64,000 nt of DNA from contig CAXTYC010000013.1 in assembly GCA_964248365.1 (NCBI GenBank), positions 32,001 through 96,000 on the forward strand. Reading direction: 5' to 3'. This DNA comes from an uncultured Chroococcidiopsis sp. Its GTDB lineage: Bacteria; Cyanobacteriota; Cyanobacteriia; Cyanobacteriales; Chroococcidiopsidaceae. The notes below the pieces were generated by a model that saw nothing but the letters and a program-made list of their open reading frames with translations, was not told where the DNA came from and made no database searches. This document shows positions 10,314 to 20,753 of the stretch, in pieces; positions within the stretch are counted from its first letter, which is position 1, and every line of letters begins with the position of its first letter. Made by a program: the position numbers and the translations under genes.

Positions 10314-13300
10314 CTACTTTTTCTTATAACGCTTGTAGCCAAAAGTTTTGTTAAATTTGATACGTAATCGCTTGAATAAAGGTTTTGTCCAATCCCAGCT
10401 AATATCGTGCAGCATGATATAGAAGCAGGGAATCAGAAATAAAGTCAAGAGGGTAGCGATCGCCATTCCTGAAAAAACTACAATTCCTAAAGGTTGCAGA
10501 AATTCTGAACCTTCCCCGATTCCCAATGCCAAGGGAAATAAACCTAAAATCGTAGTAACCGTAGTCATCATAATCGGTCGTAGGCGTTGAGGGGCGGCTT
10601 TGAGAATGGCTATGTTGCGATCGCATCCTTCCTCTTCCCGAATTTGATTTGCCAGTTCTACCATTAAAATCGCCGCGTTTACCACAATTCCCACTAACAG
10701 GACAGCACCAACTATTACAGTTGCGCCAATTGCAGTCTTAGTAATGTAAAGCCCTAAAATCCCCCCAGCTAGTGCCAGCGGGAGGGTTAACATAATCACT
10801 AGTGGATCGACCAGTGAGTTATACTGCACTGCCAAGACGACAAAAACTAAGAATGCAGCCAACCCACCCAGAATTTTGAGAGAGTCTTGCAGTTGTTGAT
10901 TAGTTTGCGCCGCCGAACTAGGTAACACACCTATGCCTTCAGGTAGTTGCAAATTTTGCAGTACTGTATTTGCTTCTTTGAGCGCTTCACCTAAACTTGC
11001 GCCTTCTGCTAAAGTTCCAGCAATGATAAAAACCTGACGTTGGTTAATTCGTTGAATTTCACCAGGCGCTTGACCTTCTTCAATTTTGGCAACATCCGCT
11101 AGGCGAATTTGACGGTTGCCATTGACAAACAAGGGTAATCGTGCTAGCTGGGAAGGTCGTTTAATTGCTTCTTCATTTAATTGCACTCGGACATCTACCA
11201 AGCGTTCGCCTCTTTGCAACTGTGTTGGTACTGAACCTTCAATCGCCGTCGCAATTGTGTCACCGATTTCTTGTGCTGTCAATCCTAGCTGTGCAGCTCT
11301 TTCCCAGTCAGGACGAATCTGTACTTCTGGTTGACGAGGCGTAGCTTCAGGGCGGAAATTGGCTAATTTTGCCTGTTGTTCTAGAGCTTGCAGCACTTGC
11401 TGCCCTGCCCAGTTGAGCTTCTGCTGATCTTCTCCTTGAAGAATAACATCAACGTCTGCACCCCTAACTGGTGAATTGTTTAAAATTAAACCGCGCACTT
11501 CCCCAGGTCTTAAGCGTAAGATAGTTCCTACCAAGTTGAGTTTGTGGAATTCCTGACTAACCTTTTCTACATAAGCTTCAACATCACTATTAGGCTTGAG
11601 GGTAATTGTGCTACTAGCTCGTAAGGGATTTTCACTTGTATTATTACCGAAGAGAAAACCACCTACAGTCGAGAAAACATAATCTGTCTCTGGCTGCTTG
11701 ATTAAAATGTCATCAACAGCACTCATGATTGCGCGGCTATGTTCTAAAGGAGTACCAGGAGGAAACTGGGCAAAAAGGCTAGCTTGTCCTGTGCTGATAC
11801 GAGGAAGAATCTCTTGGGGAATTTGACCTGCCATAAATAGGCTACCACCGCCCAAGACAATAAAAGTTAGCAATACTACCAGCAAGCGATGACGCACAAC
11901 TTTAGCCAAAAAGCTGCTATATCCCCTTGTAGCAGCTTCAAATCGGCGATTGAATTGTTTTAGCAGCCAAAATTCACTAACGCGACTAGACCAACGAATA
12001 GCAATGAGTCGAGAAGTGAGCATCGGCACTATAGTAATAGCAACAAGAAGACTGGCTGCTACTGAAAAGCTAATTGTGAGAATAAGTTCATTAAATAACA
12101 GTGCAATCAAACCACCAATTAACAAAAATGGCAGCACAGAGACTAAGTTAGCACCAGTGGCAGCAATCAAAGCTGATTCTACCTCTTGGGAAGAGGCGAT
12201 CGCACTGTCTATCATCTGTTCTTTGGTAGTTGGTAATTGGTAATTGGTAGGGGCAGGTTTAAACAAGTTTTCTGGAGGTTCACAAGTATGTTTGATAAAC
12301 CCGCCCGTACCTGTGTTGGTAATTCTCCCCTCTGCCCCTTGCGCCCCTTGCCCCTCTGCCCTCTTCACCCCTGCACGTTCACTAATATTCTCCAAAATCA
12401 CAACTGATGTATCAATTGCTTGACCGATGCCTACAGCTAGACCTGCCAAACTAAATATATTTAAAGTAAGACCAAACAGCTTCATCAAAATGATGGCAGC
12501 TAAAGCACAAAGAGGAATTGCGAGGGAAATAATTAGTGTTTGCCGCACTGAACCCAAAAATAACAGCACAGCTGCCGCTGCCAGCAAAGCCCCAAAAATT
12601 GCAGAATTAGTTACATCTGCTAGAGAATTGCGAATAAATATAGACTCATCTAAGGTAGGAGTCAGAACCATGTCTTTTGGAATTAAGCCACTTCGTCGTA
12701 GTTCTTCAATCCGCTGTTTGACTCCATCTACAATTGCGATCGTATTAGCATCTGGTTGCTTCTGAACGCTGATTTTGACCGCAGGCGTTTTATTCAACAA
12801 AGCAAAGAGTCTTTGTGTTTCTGTACCATCAATTACAGAGGCAAAGTCTCGCAGGTAGACACGTCTTGGGGCTAGAGATTGGGGGCTAGGGGCAAGGGTT
12901 GGGGAAGATACTTCAAAGGAGAGGTTTTTGATTTCGTTAGCATTTTGAAACCGCCCTATGGTACGAGTCAGGGGTTCAGAATTTTCCCCCAAGATGCGAC
13001 CGCCGGAAATTTCTCGGTTACGTGCTTTGAGTTCGTCGAGTACGTTGGTCAAACCTACACCCACCGCTTGCAGGCGATCTAAGTCTATGTTTACCCGTAC
13101 CTCTTCTTCAACACCGCCAGATACATCTACTGCTGCTACCCCTGGCACTACACTAAGTTCACGCCCTAGTTCTTCATCAGCAAACACGCGCAGTTCTACA
13201 GGTTTTAGTGCGGGTGAGGTTAAGCCAAATTCGTAGACTGGTAACTGTGAAGGGTCAACTTTGAATAATCGTGGTTCTTCAATTGCCAATGTATCCGGTA

Positions 13301-13682
13301 ATTGTCCCCGACCTCGGTTAAAGGCAGCAGTGGCATCGTTCAAGGCTTGGTCAACATCGCCACCTGGTTTAAAGAATAAATCGATACTTACTTGTCCTTC
13401 ACGGGTTTGAGAATAAACTTGAACTACGCCCTCGGTTGTAGCTAAGGCTTCTTCTAGAGGTCTTGTAACCTCGTCTACGGCTACTTCTGGTGAAATTCCA
13501 GGCACATTCAGCCGGACACCAACGCGGGGATAGGTAATTGACGGCAGGAGATCGACTGGTAGGGTGGTAATGAAAAATACTCCCAGCACAATTACTGTTA
13601 ACGTCAGCATGAGTGTACCAATGTGCCGTCGAATAGCGATCGCACTGATACTAAATCCTGGTGCGTTTTTTGCCTCCTGCAT
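10314..13682 (-). CDS. RND efflux transporter permease (AcrB/AcrD/AcrF family) with two in-frame repeat inserts
   Basis: LPVDLLPSITYP, GIVVNAAIL and RLRPIMMTT motifs; 1122 aa. Confidence 0.95.
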   Translation of the reverse strand: MQEAKNAPGFSISAIAIRRHIGTLMLTLTVIVLGVFFITTLPVDLLPSITYPRVGVRLNVPGISPEVAVDEVTRPLEEALATTEGVVQVYSQTREGQVSIDLFFKPGGDVDQALNDATAAFNRGRGQLPDTLAIEEPRLFKVDPSQLPVYEFGLTSPALKPVELRVFADEELGRELSVVPGVAAVDVSGGVEEEVRVNIDLDRLQAVGVGLTNVLDELKARNREISGGRILGENSEPLTRTIGRFQNANEIKNLSFEVSSPTLAPSPQSLAPRRVYLRDFASVIDGTETQRLFALLNKTPAVKISVQKQPDANTIAIVDGVKQRIEELRRSGLIPKDMVLTPTLDESIFIRNSLADVTNSAIFGALLAAAAVLLFLGSVRQTLIISLAIPLCALAAIILMKLFGLTLNIFSLAGLAVGIGQAIDTSVVILENISERAGVKRAEGQGAQGAEGRITNTGTGGFIKHTCEPPENLFKPAPTNYQLPTTKEQMIDSAIASSQEVESALIAATGANLVSVLPFLLIGGLIALLFNELILTISFSVAASLLVAITIVPMLTSRLIAIRWSSRVSEFWLLKQFNRRFEAATRGYSSFLAKVVRHRLLVVLLTFIVLGGGSLFMAGQIPQEILPRISTGQASLFAQFPPGTPLEHSRAIMSAVDDILIKQPETDYVFSTVGGFLFGNNTSENPLRASSTITLKPNSDVEAYVEKVSQEFHKLNLVGTILRLRPGEVRGLILNNSPVRGADVDVILQGEDQQKLNWAGQQVLQALEQQAKLANFRPEATPRQPEVQIRPDWERAAQLGLTAQEIGDTIATAIEGSVPTQLQRGERLVDVRVQLNEEAIKRPSQLARLPLFVNGNRQIRLADVAKIEEGQAPGEIQRINQRQVFIIAGTLAEGASLGEALKEANTVLQNLQLPEGIGVLPSSAAQTNQQLQDSLKILGGLAAFLVFVVLAVQYNSLVDPLVIMLTLPLALAGGILGLYITKTAIGATVIVGAVLLVGIVVNAAILMVELANQIREEEGCDRNIAILKAAPQRLRPIMMTTVTTILGLFPLALGIGEGSEFLQPLGIVVFSGMAIATLLTLFLIPCFYIMLHDISWDWTKPLFKRLRIKFNKTFGYKRYKKK

Positions 13683-15133
13683 TACTGCTGTCTCCCTTGC
13701 TGTGCCGTTTCTGAGAGAATTGACAAACGTACACTCTCACCATCTTTCAAAGGTTTGCCACTTCTAGCCACAAAGCGATCGCCCCTTTTCAAACCCGATA
13801 AAATTTCTACTTGACCATCTGCCCGTTCTCCCAGTTTCACTTTCCTAGCTGCTACTGTCGCTTGACTTCCCCCTTCTCCCCCACTCACCACAAAAATTGT
13901 CCCAACGGAATTTTGGATTGAATTTTCTCCCCCAGCTCCCCCAGCTTTCTTATCCCCCTGCTCCAAAACAGCAATCTCTGGCACTACCACCGATTGATTT
14001 GCTCCACTATCAAAGCTCACTCGTGCTAGCAGTCCACTACCAATCCTTCCGTTACTGTTGGGAATAATTACCTCTATTGGCACTAGACGTGCTGTTTGAT
14101 CGGCTGCGGGGGAAATGCGACTAACTTGTCCGTTGAATGTCTGTGAGGGAAAGGCATCTAAGCGAACTGTGACTGATTGCCCGATTTGAATTTTTGCTAG
14201 TTGCAATTCTGAAACTTCAACGTTTACTTGCACACGTCCAAAGTCTCCAATTTTGAGAACTTCACTATTGGGCTGTACGAGATTACCCTCTTCTGTCAAG
14301 CGTTGCGTAACGGTGCCAGTGGTGGGAGATGTTAGTCTGGCATAAGATAGTTGCTCCCGTGCTTGGGCAACTACTGCTTGTTGGGCTTTGACTTGATTTT
14401 GAGCTGCGGTAACAGCTTGTTGTTCTGTACGAACTTGTTCAGAGGCGGCACGTAGGACTTGGGCAGCGGTTCGCGCCTGTGTACGTGCTTGTTCTGCTTG
14501 TTGGATGGCGATCGCTCCTTCTCTTACAAGTCTTTGCTGTCGTTGTGAATCTGACTGTGCTTGCTGTAATTCCAGTCTTGCTTGTTCCACAGAGGCTTTG
14601 GCATTGCTTACCTGATTCTGCGCCCGTGCTACTTGTGCTTTCAAACTTGCTAGTTGTGCCTGGGAAGAGTTTAAGGCAGCCTGCAGTAAGGTATCATCTA
14701 GCTGTGCCAAAATTTGACCTTGTTTAACTGCATCCCCAACATCAACATTCAGTTTTAGCACTCGCCCCCCTACTTGCGATCGCAGCGTTACTTCTTGCAC
14801 TGGGGCGGTTGTGCCTGTATATTCTGGCTCAGATCCCACATTCCCAGTTCGCGCGATCGCCACATCTACTGGTGTTACTTTCTGACTTTTTGCCGCTTTC
14901 TGTTGTGATTGGGCATCCGCTGCTTCCTTGGGTAAGTTACCGCATCCTGCGAGCGCTATTGCACCAAATAGCAACGTTGTCAATATATAAGTGCGAAAAT
15001 ACTGCTGTTTGAGTCTTGCTACAAGCCACCAGCCCTTGACGTGAATATTTGAAGCGGCGGGAGTGGCAGTTGCTGGTTCAGTTAACCTATCCAATATCAT
15101 TAGAAGTAACAAGTGAGAGAAACAAGAGGACAA
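13682..15133 (-). CDS. RND efflux periplasmic adaptor (membrane fusion protein), lipoprotein; true start probably downstream of 15133
   Basis: LAGC lipobox, lipoyl-like VDVGDAVKQGQ segment, coiled-coil hairpin; stop overlaps the permease start. Confidence 0.92.
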   Translation of the reverse strand: MSSCFSHLLLLMILDRLTEPATATPAASNIHVKGWWLVARLKQQYFRTYILTTLLFGAIALAGCGNLPKEAADAQSQQKAAKSQKVTPVDVAIARTGNVGSEPEYTGTTAPVQEVTLRSQVGGRVLKLNVDVGDAVKQGQILAQLDDTLLQAALNSSQAQLASLKAQVARAQNQVSNAKASVEQARLELQQAQSDSQRQQRLVREGAIAIQQAEQARTQARTAAQVLRAASEQVRTEQQAVTAAQNQVKAQQAVVAQAREQLSYARLTSPTTGTVTQRLTEEGNLVQPNSEVLKIGDFGRVQVNVEVSELQLAKIQIGQSVTVRLDAFPSQTFNGQVSRISPAADQTARLVPIEVIIPNSNGRIGSGLLARVSFDSGANQSVVVPEIAVLEQGDKKAGGAGGENSIQNSVGTIFVVSGGEGGSQATVAARKVKLGERADGQVEILSGLKRGDRFVARSGKPLKDGESVRLSILSETAQQGRQQ

Positions 15134-15577
15134 AAGAGACTATAGGGATTAATTACGTATTTTTTTACTACGGACATGAAATAAAATTGCGCCCCTCGGC
15201 AGATAATTGGGTAAATTTAGCTAAATCTTAAATAATCTTAACTATCTGGGTGTTTATTAAGTTATTTAAAGCTTACTCATTTTTAAATTATCTCTGCTAC
15301 AAGTTGTGAAATTAGAAAGGCTTTCTGCTCGATATACATAGTTTGAAAGACAAATGTGACAAAAAAGTGTCAGTCCTACACTTTTCCTCGAGGGTACACC
15401 GGATACCTACAAAGTAGACTTATTCAATACGGGGAGACGAAAAAATATTTTTTAATAATTTGTAATAAAATAAAATATTTAGTAGTCACAATAGGGGCTT
15501 GCGGCAGACAAGAGTGCGATCAGGCGCGCCGCTGCTATCTCCGGTAACAAACAGTGGAACTAGCAAAGGAAGCAGCA

Positions 15578-15874
15578 ATGGCTAACATTAAATTTGTCAA
15601 AGAAGATCGGGAAGTTGTCGCAGCGGATGGAGCGAATCTGAGAATCAAAGCGATGGAAAATGGCCTAGACATCTATAGATTCTACGGCAAGATGATGAAC
15701 TGCGGAGGTTATGGTCAATGTGGAACCTGCATTGTCGAGATTACCGAAGGAATAGAAAATCTTTCACCCCGTACATCGGTAGAAGACCGGAAACTTAAGA
15801 AAAAGCCTGCCTCTTATCGGCTAGCGTGTCAAGTATTAGTTAATGGACCAATCAGCGTAGTGACAAAACCTTGA
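15578..15874 (+). CDS. 2Fe-2S ferredoxin-like protein
   Basis: [10 protein letters not shown]...RLACQ motif; ATG at 15578 preceded by AAAGGAAG. Confidence 0.92.
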   Translation: MANIKFVKEDREVVAADGANLRIKAMENGLDIYRFYGKMMNCGGYGQCGTCIVEITEGIENLSPRTSVEDRKLKKKPASYRLACQVLVNGPISVVTKP

Positions 15875-15877
15875 AAT

Positions 15878-16045
15878 AGGGGCGAGGAGCTAGAACAAAG
15901 GTTGAAGGATGAAGTATGAAGTATGAAGTGTGAAATTTCAACCTTTAACCTCTACCGCAATACCTCTTTAACCTTTACCCTTTACCCTTTACCCTTTTCC
16001 CTTTCCCCTACTCCCTACTCCCTACTCCCTACTCCCTACTCCCTA
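15878..16045. repeat. Bipartite heptamer array: (GAAGTAT)n, AATTT junction, then (CCTTTAC)n(CTCCCTA)n
   Basis: Read directly. Confidence 0.85.
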
Positions 16046-16108
16046 TTTAAAGCACATTGATGATATTCTAGAAATGTCTACTCCAAGTCCGAGAGAGGCT
16101 GTTGTTCG

Positions 16109-16222
16109 ATGCAAGTTAATGATTTAGGATTCGTTGCGAGCATTCTGTTCGTACTCGTTCCATCTGTGTTTTTGATTATCCTTTACATTCAAACAGCTAG
16201 CCGCGAAGGTAAAAAGGATTAA
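16109..16222 (+). CDS. psbM: Photosystem II reaction centre protein PsbM (not in the ORF track)
   Basis: Hand translation [37 protein letters not shown] matches the PsbM pattern. Confidence 0.96.
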
Positions 16223-16243
16223 TAATAGCTTGTTTAAAACAAG

Positions 16244-16276
16244 AAACCTCTGTACTACATAGCACAGAGGTTTTTT
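16244..16276 (+). terminator. Rho-independent terminator after psbM
   Basis: AAACCTCTGT...ACAGAGGTTT stem followed by a T-run. Confidence 0.75.
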
Positions 16277-16289
16277 ACTTCTGCAACAG

Positions 16290-16450
16290 GTGGGAAAAGG
16301 GGAATCAGTTACCAGTTACCAGTTAAAAGAAAAGAGGTATTGCGGTAAAGAAATATTGCGGTAAAGAGGTATTGCGGTAAAAGGGAAAAGGGTATTTCCT
16401 CCCCTTTTCCCCCTCTCCCCCTCTCCCTACTCCCTACTTCCTACTCCCTA
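16290..16450. repeat. Composite array with three 16-mers (AAAGAGGTATTGCGGT) and (CTCCCTA)n
   Basis: Read directly. Confidence 0.85.
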
Positions 16451-16464
16451 TTTCAAGGGGTTTG

Positions 16465-17307
16465 TTATCGAGCTAACAAGACGGGGCATTTAGCATTTAC
16501 TCGGACGTAATCTGATAAAGAAGCCCCCAGCAGTCGGTCTAGATCGACAAAACTCTTGGCAACAGAGGGACGGCGATCAGGAGAACCGAGTATTAACAAA
16601 TCTACACCAAGCTCATCTGCTAAACGGCAGATTTCTTCGCCAGGTCTGCCACTAGTGGTAACACAGCGCGGTTGTACGCCTTGTTTTTTCACTTGTGCGA
16701 TCGCTGGTGCTAAAACTGGATCTTGTTCCGCCGTCGCTAGGGACACCTCTCCAGGTTTTCCCCCTAAATCTTTGTTGACGTGGACTAAAATTAACTGACC
16801 TCCCTTGATATCTCGCAAAAGTGATAGTGCTAGGTTCAAGCACTGCTTAGCTGGGTCAGAACCATCAAAAGCAACCATCAAACGGTTCACTTTTTTGACG
16901 TAAACATCGTCCTTAACTAGCAGCATTGGGCGAGAGGACAACTGAAAAACGTATTGACTGACTGAATTAGATAAAATTGCTTGCAGTCGTTTTAGTCCTC
17001 TTGAACCCATAATAATTAAGTCTGCTTCGATTTCATCGGCTACTTGACAGACTACATCCTTGGGTTCTCCTTGTCGCAGAATTGCAGAAACATTGTTTGG
17101 ATCTAAATCCAAATATTGAATAGCATTAGCTATAATCTTGCCTCCCTCTTCCCACTTCGCTGTCATGTTTGCGGCGGTAGTTTGGGCAGGAACTACGTGC
17201 AAAACTGTAACATTTGCCTGTTGAATCGATGGTAGTTCCTTCAAATTCTTAAGCATTTCTTCTGCGTGTCCCAATCCTGAGACAGCAAGCAAAATTTTTT
17301 TTATCAT
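16465..17307 (-). CDS. Universal stress protein (two USP domains)
   Basis: KKILLAVSG and DLIIMGSRG...NSVS motifs, then a second domain with LMVAFDGS. Confidence 0.93.
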   Translation of the reverse strand: MIKKILLAVSGLGHAEEMLKNLKELPSIQQANVTVLHVVPAQTTAANMTAKWEEGGKIIANAIQYLDLDPNNVSAILRQGEPKDVVCQVADEIEADLIIMGSRGLKRLQAILSNSVSQYVFQLSSRPMLLVKDDVYVKKVNRLMVAFDGSDPAKQCLNLALSLLRDIKGGQLILVHVNKDLGGKPGEVSLATAEQDPVLAPAIAQVKKQGVQPRCVTTSGRPGEEICRLADELGVDLLILGSPDRRPSVAKSFVDLDRLLGASLSDYVRVNAKCPVLLAR

Positions 17308-17971
17308 TGCTACAGTCCGTTTTGAGTTCAGCTTTGTTTCTGACTTAGTAATTGTTTAGGATTTGCTTTTTCTAGTAAGCAAAGGGCAGCTTAACTGTGA
17401 AGTTAACTGAGCTTCATTTCTTATTTAGCATACCTTCAAATTTGCTATATAAATTTGAATAATTGTTATCTTATTTAAACAAAAATAAATTAAATTTTGT
17501 TTAAATTACTTTAAAATCAATAAATATAATTAAAGTTATAAAAAAATTATATGTAAATAATGATTTTTTAAATTGTAAGATAGACATAGCTAGTCCTAGT
17601 TAGAAATCTGAAGACCTACGACCCACGACACAAGAGTGTGACTTGCAATTGATAACTGATAACTGATAACTGGTAACTGATTTCCCCCTTTCCCCAAATT
17701 TATCAATGTAGCTAAGCGCAGAGCCAGCTTTAATCACCCCTCATTAGACAGATAACGTCAGCAAAGTGTAGTGCTAAGCAAAAAAATCTTACTTTAGTAG
17801 GAATTTTAGCTATTTATTAATCTTTGCTTAATGCAGTATTACGTTTTCCCAGATTGGAGTTAAACTCGAAGTAAGTACCTCCTCCACAGGTATCAAGAAG
17901 CTGTACCCTGATGATGTTAGGGATAACAGCTAATCCCTTTATCTATAAAAGGTGTGAGGATAAGAGGAAAT

Positions 17972-19822
17972 ATGTCTAAGATCTTGTGGAAAACCCTACT
18001 GCTAAGCCCAGCTGTTTTATGTGCAACTGCTGTTTCTTCTTCAGCTATAGCTGCGACTCCAACAACAGAAGCTTTGCAGCCTAAAGTAGCATCAGGGGAT
18101 TTAAATGTTGCTATTAAATCCCAACAGCCAAAAATAGTCAATACGGCACAGTCGCTAGTGGCTCAAATGCCGCAAACGGCAACAGAAAATCCTGCCGCAA
18201 CGTCAACAACTGGGGCAACTTCCCCCGCCTCGCCGTCGGTTGACACTTTGGACGAAGTTAACCGCTACAGTAACGAAGGCAAAGGAAATAGCGCAAATAA
18301 CACAGTAGCTCAAGTGACATCGGTTTCCCAGCTGTCGGACGTGCAACCAACAGACTGGGCATTCCAGGCACTGCAATCACTAGTAGAGCGCTACGGCGTA
18401 ATCGCAGGTTATCCAGATGGCACATTCCGGGGTAACAGAGCGATGACTCGTTATGAGTTTGCAGCTGGTTTGAATGCGGCACTTGATCGAGTGAATGAAT
18501 TAATTGCTGCGGGTAGTGCTGATGCAGTGCGTAAAGAAGACTTAGCTACCCTGCAACGGTTGCAAGAAGAATTTGCGGCTGAATTGGCAACCCTACGCGG
18601 TCGGGTAGATGCCTTAGAAGCAACAACGGCACAGTTGGAAGCAAATCAGTTTTCGACTACTACCAAGCTGGTGGGTGAAGCCATTGCAGCGGTTACAGAT
18701 CGCTTTGGGAATGGCAGCAACCATAACACTGTCTTTCAAGATAGGGTGCGCTTAGATTTACAAACTAGCTTCTTTGGGAAAGATATCTTACACACCCGTC
18801 TAGCAACTGGTAACGCTCGTCCGTTCAATTTACTCCGAAATAATCAGACGACATTTGAAGGTACTCAAACCTTCCAAATACAGCCTGATAATACCTTCAG
18901 CAACAGTGTGAAGATTGACTGGGCAGCGTATGACTTCCCACTGTTTGGTGAATCAAGAGGTTACGTCGCCGCAGCAGGAGGAATTCATAGCGATTACGCT
19001 CCTACCGTCAATCCATACTTTGAAGACTTTGATGGCGGTCGGGGCGCGCTGTCTGCGTTTGCTTCAGAAAACCCCATCTACCGGATTGGTGGTGGTTCTG
19101 GTGCAGCCGTGAACTTATCTTTAGGTAAAGGTGGCATTTTAAGACCTACTTCGCTTACTATAGGTTACTTGGCGGATAATGCTAGTCTCCCAGGCAGAAA
19201 CTTTGGTCTATTCAATGGTGACTATGCGGCGCTGGGACAATTGAATTTTAGTTTCGGCGATCGCGTTTCCCTCGCCGCCACCTATGTTCACGGTTATCAC
19301 AATGCGGGTGACGGAATTTACGATATTGGTGGTTCTTTTAGTTCTAGCAACCAATCTACTGGTCCAATTGTCGGTACGGCTTTTGCAAATAACCCAGGCT
19401 CTCTAGTAGCTGGACGTGCAGTACCACTGGTCACTAACTCCTATGGTGTTGAGGCTGCTTTCCGCCTGAGCGATAAAATCTCAATTAGTGGTTTCGGCGC
19501 TTACACTAACGCCACACTTATCGGTCGCGGTAATGGTGATATCTGGACTTATGGCGCTGGGATAGCTTTACCTGACTTTGGTAAACAAGGGAACCTGTTG
19601 GGGCTTTTCGCTGGGGTAGAACCAACTCTCAGAAGTCTTACTGCTCCTGGTGTTGCTAACTTTAGCCGCGACTACGGGATTCACGTTGAAGGCTTCTACC
19701 GATATCAGCTGACAGATAACATCTCGATTACACCTGGTGTGATCTGGTTAACTGCGCCTGGTCAAAATGAAAATAATGCCGACGCAGTCATCGGTACACT
19801 CAGAACAACTTTCAACTTCTAA
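17972..19822 (+). CDS. Cyanobacterial outer-membrane porin with SLH domain (SomA/OprB type)
   Basis: QVTSVSQLSDVQPTDWAFQAL, FSTTTKL and C-terminal GTLRTTFNF motifs; AGAGG before the ATG at 17972. Confidence 0.95.
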   Translation: MSKILWKTLLLSPAVLCATAVSSSAIAATPTTEALQPKVASGDLNVAIKSQQPKIVNTAQSLVAQMPQTATENPAATSTTGATSPASPSVDTLDEVNRYSNEGKGNSANNTVAQVTSVSQLSDVQPTDWAFQALQSLVERYGVIAGYPDGTFRGNRAMTRYEFAAGLNAALDRVNELIAAGSADAVRKEDLATLQRLQEEFAAELATLRGRVDALEATTAQLEANQFSTTTKLVGEAIAAVTDRFGNGSNHNTVFQDRVRLDLQTSFFGKDILHTRLATGNARPFNLLRNNQTTFEGTQTFQIQPDNTFSNSVKIDWAAYDFPLFGESRGYVAAAGGIHSDYAPTVNPYFEDFDGGRGALSAFASENPIYRIGGGSGAAVNLSLGKGGILRPTSLTIGYLADNASLPGRNFGLFNGDYAALGQLNFSFGDRVSLAATYVHGYHNAGDGIYDIGGSFSSSNQSTGPIVGTAFANNPGSLVAGRAVPLVTNSYGVEAAFRLSDKISISGFGAYTNATLIGRGNGDIWTYGAGIALPDFGKQGNLLGLFAGVEPTLRSLTAPGVANFSRDYGIHVEGFYRYQLTDNISITPGVIWLTAPGQNENNADAVIGTLRTTFNF

Positions 19823-19858
19823 GTTCAAAGGTGATCGGCTTGTAATTGTGACTATCAT

Positions 19859-19884
19859 ACCCCGCTTTCAAAGCGGGGTTTTTT
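19859..19884 (+). terminator. Rho-independent terminator after the porin gene
   Basis: ACCCCGCTTT-C-AAAGCGGGGT stem plus T-run. Confidence 0.85.
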
Positions 19885-19960
19885 GTACAAAGCTAATACC
19901 AGTTACCAGTACCAGTTACCGCTAAAAGCTAAAAGCGTTCTCCAACAGCTAAAATAGTAC

Positions 19961-19988
19961 AAACCCCAGTGGAGAAGTGGGGTATAAT
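19961..19988 (+). promoter_or_regulatory. Putative Rrf2-type operator overlapping a TATAAT -10 box
   Basis: AAACCCCAGTGGAGAAGTGGGGTAT inverted repeat; TATAAT at 19983-19988. Confidence 0.5.
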
Positions 19989-20112
19989 AAAAGAAAGCTT
20001 ACTATAGCAAATTGTTTTCATAAGTCATTCTAAGTAAAGTGAACAATAAAAGAGAAAATCACTTAATTGGGCATGACAAAGTACTAATCACCTTTAGCGT
20101 TTGATCTAGCTT

Positions 20113-20550
20113 GTGGAACTTTCATGTAAATGTGAATATGCCCTGCTTGCTCTGTTAGAATTGGCAACTCACTACCAGAACGGTGAACCGCTGCAAATTC
20201 GCCAAATTGCAGCACAACAAAACATCCCAGATCGCTATTTGGAGCAGCTGTTAGCAACTTTAAGGCGTGGGGGTGTGGTTAAGAGCCAACGCGGAGCAAA
20301 GGGAGGTTATGTTTTGGCGCGAGAACCCTGGAAAATTAATCTGCTAGAAGTTTTGACTTGTTTAGAGGGTTTGGACGCTAGAGTATCTGAAGAAGAAGCC
20401 AATCCTAAAACCGTAGAGAGTGCAGTAGTGCAGGAAATCTGGCTTGAAGCACGGCAAGCGGCTAACTTAGTATTACAAAAATATACGCTGCAAAATCTAT
20501 GTGAGCAGCGAACAGCTAGACGGCAGTTAGATTTTATGTACTACATCTAA
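20113..20550 (+). CDS. Rrf2 family transcriptional regulator (CymR-like)
   Basis: YLEQLL..L...G.V.SQRGAKGGY.L motif; lies upstream of cysK; lacks the IscR three-Cys motif. Confidence 0.92.
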   Translation: MELSCKCEYALLALLELATHYQNGEPLQIRQIAAQQNIPDRYLEQLLATLRRGGVVKSQRGAKGGYVLAREPWKINLLEVLTCLEGLDARVSEEEANPKTVESAVVQEIWLEARQAANLVLQKYTLQNLCEQRTARRQLDFMYYI

Positions 20551-20740
20551 GGGTTAAAGAAAAAGGATGAAGGATGAAGGATAAAGGGAAAAGGGGAAAG
20601 AGGTATTGCCCGAAAGGGTAAAGAGGTATTGCGGTAAAGGGAAAGAATTAATATTCTGTCTCCTGACTCCTGACTCCTTCACTGTTCATACTTCATACTT
20701 CACACTTCACACTTCGCGCTTTCACACTTGACACTTGACA
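20551..20740. repeat. Bipartite array: (GAAGGAT)n plus 16-mer, AT-rich junction, then (CTCCTGA)n(CATACTT/CACACTT)n
   Basis: Read directly. Confidence 0.85.
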
Positions 20741-20753
20741 ATTTTTTTAAACT

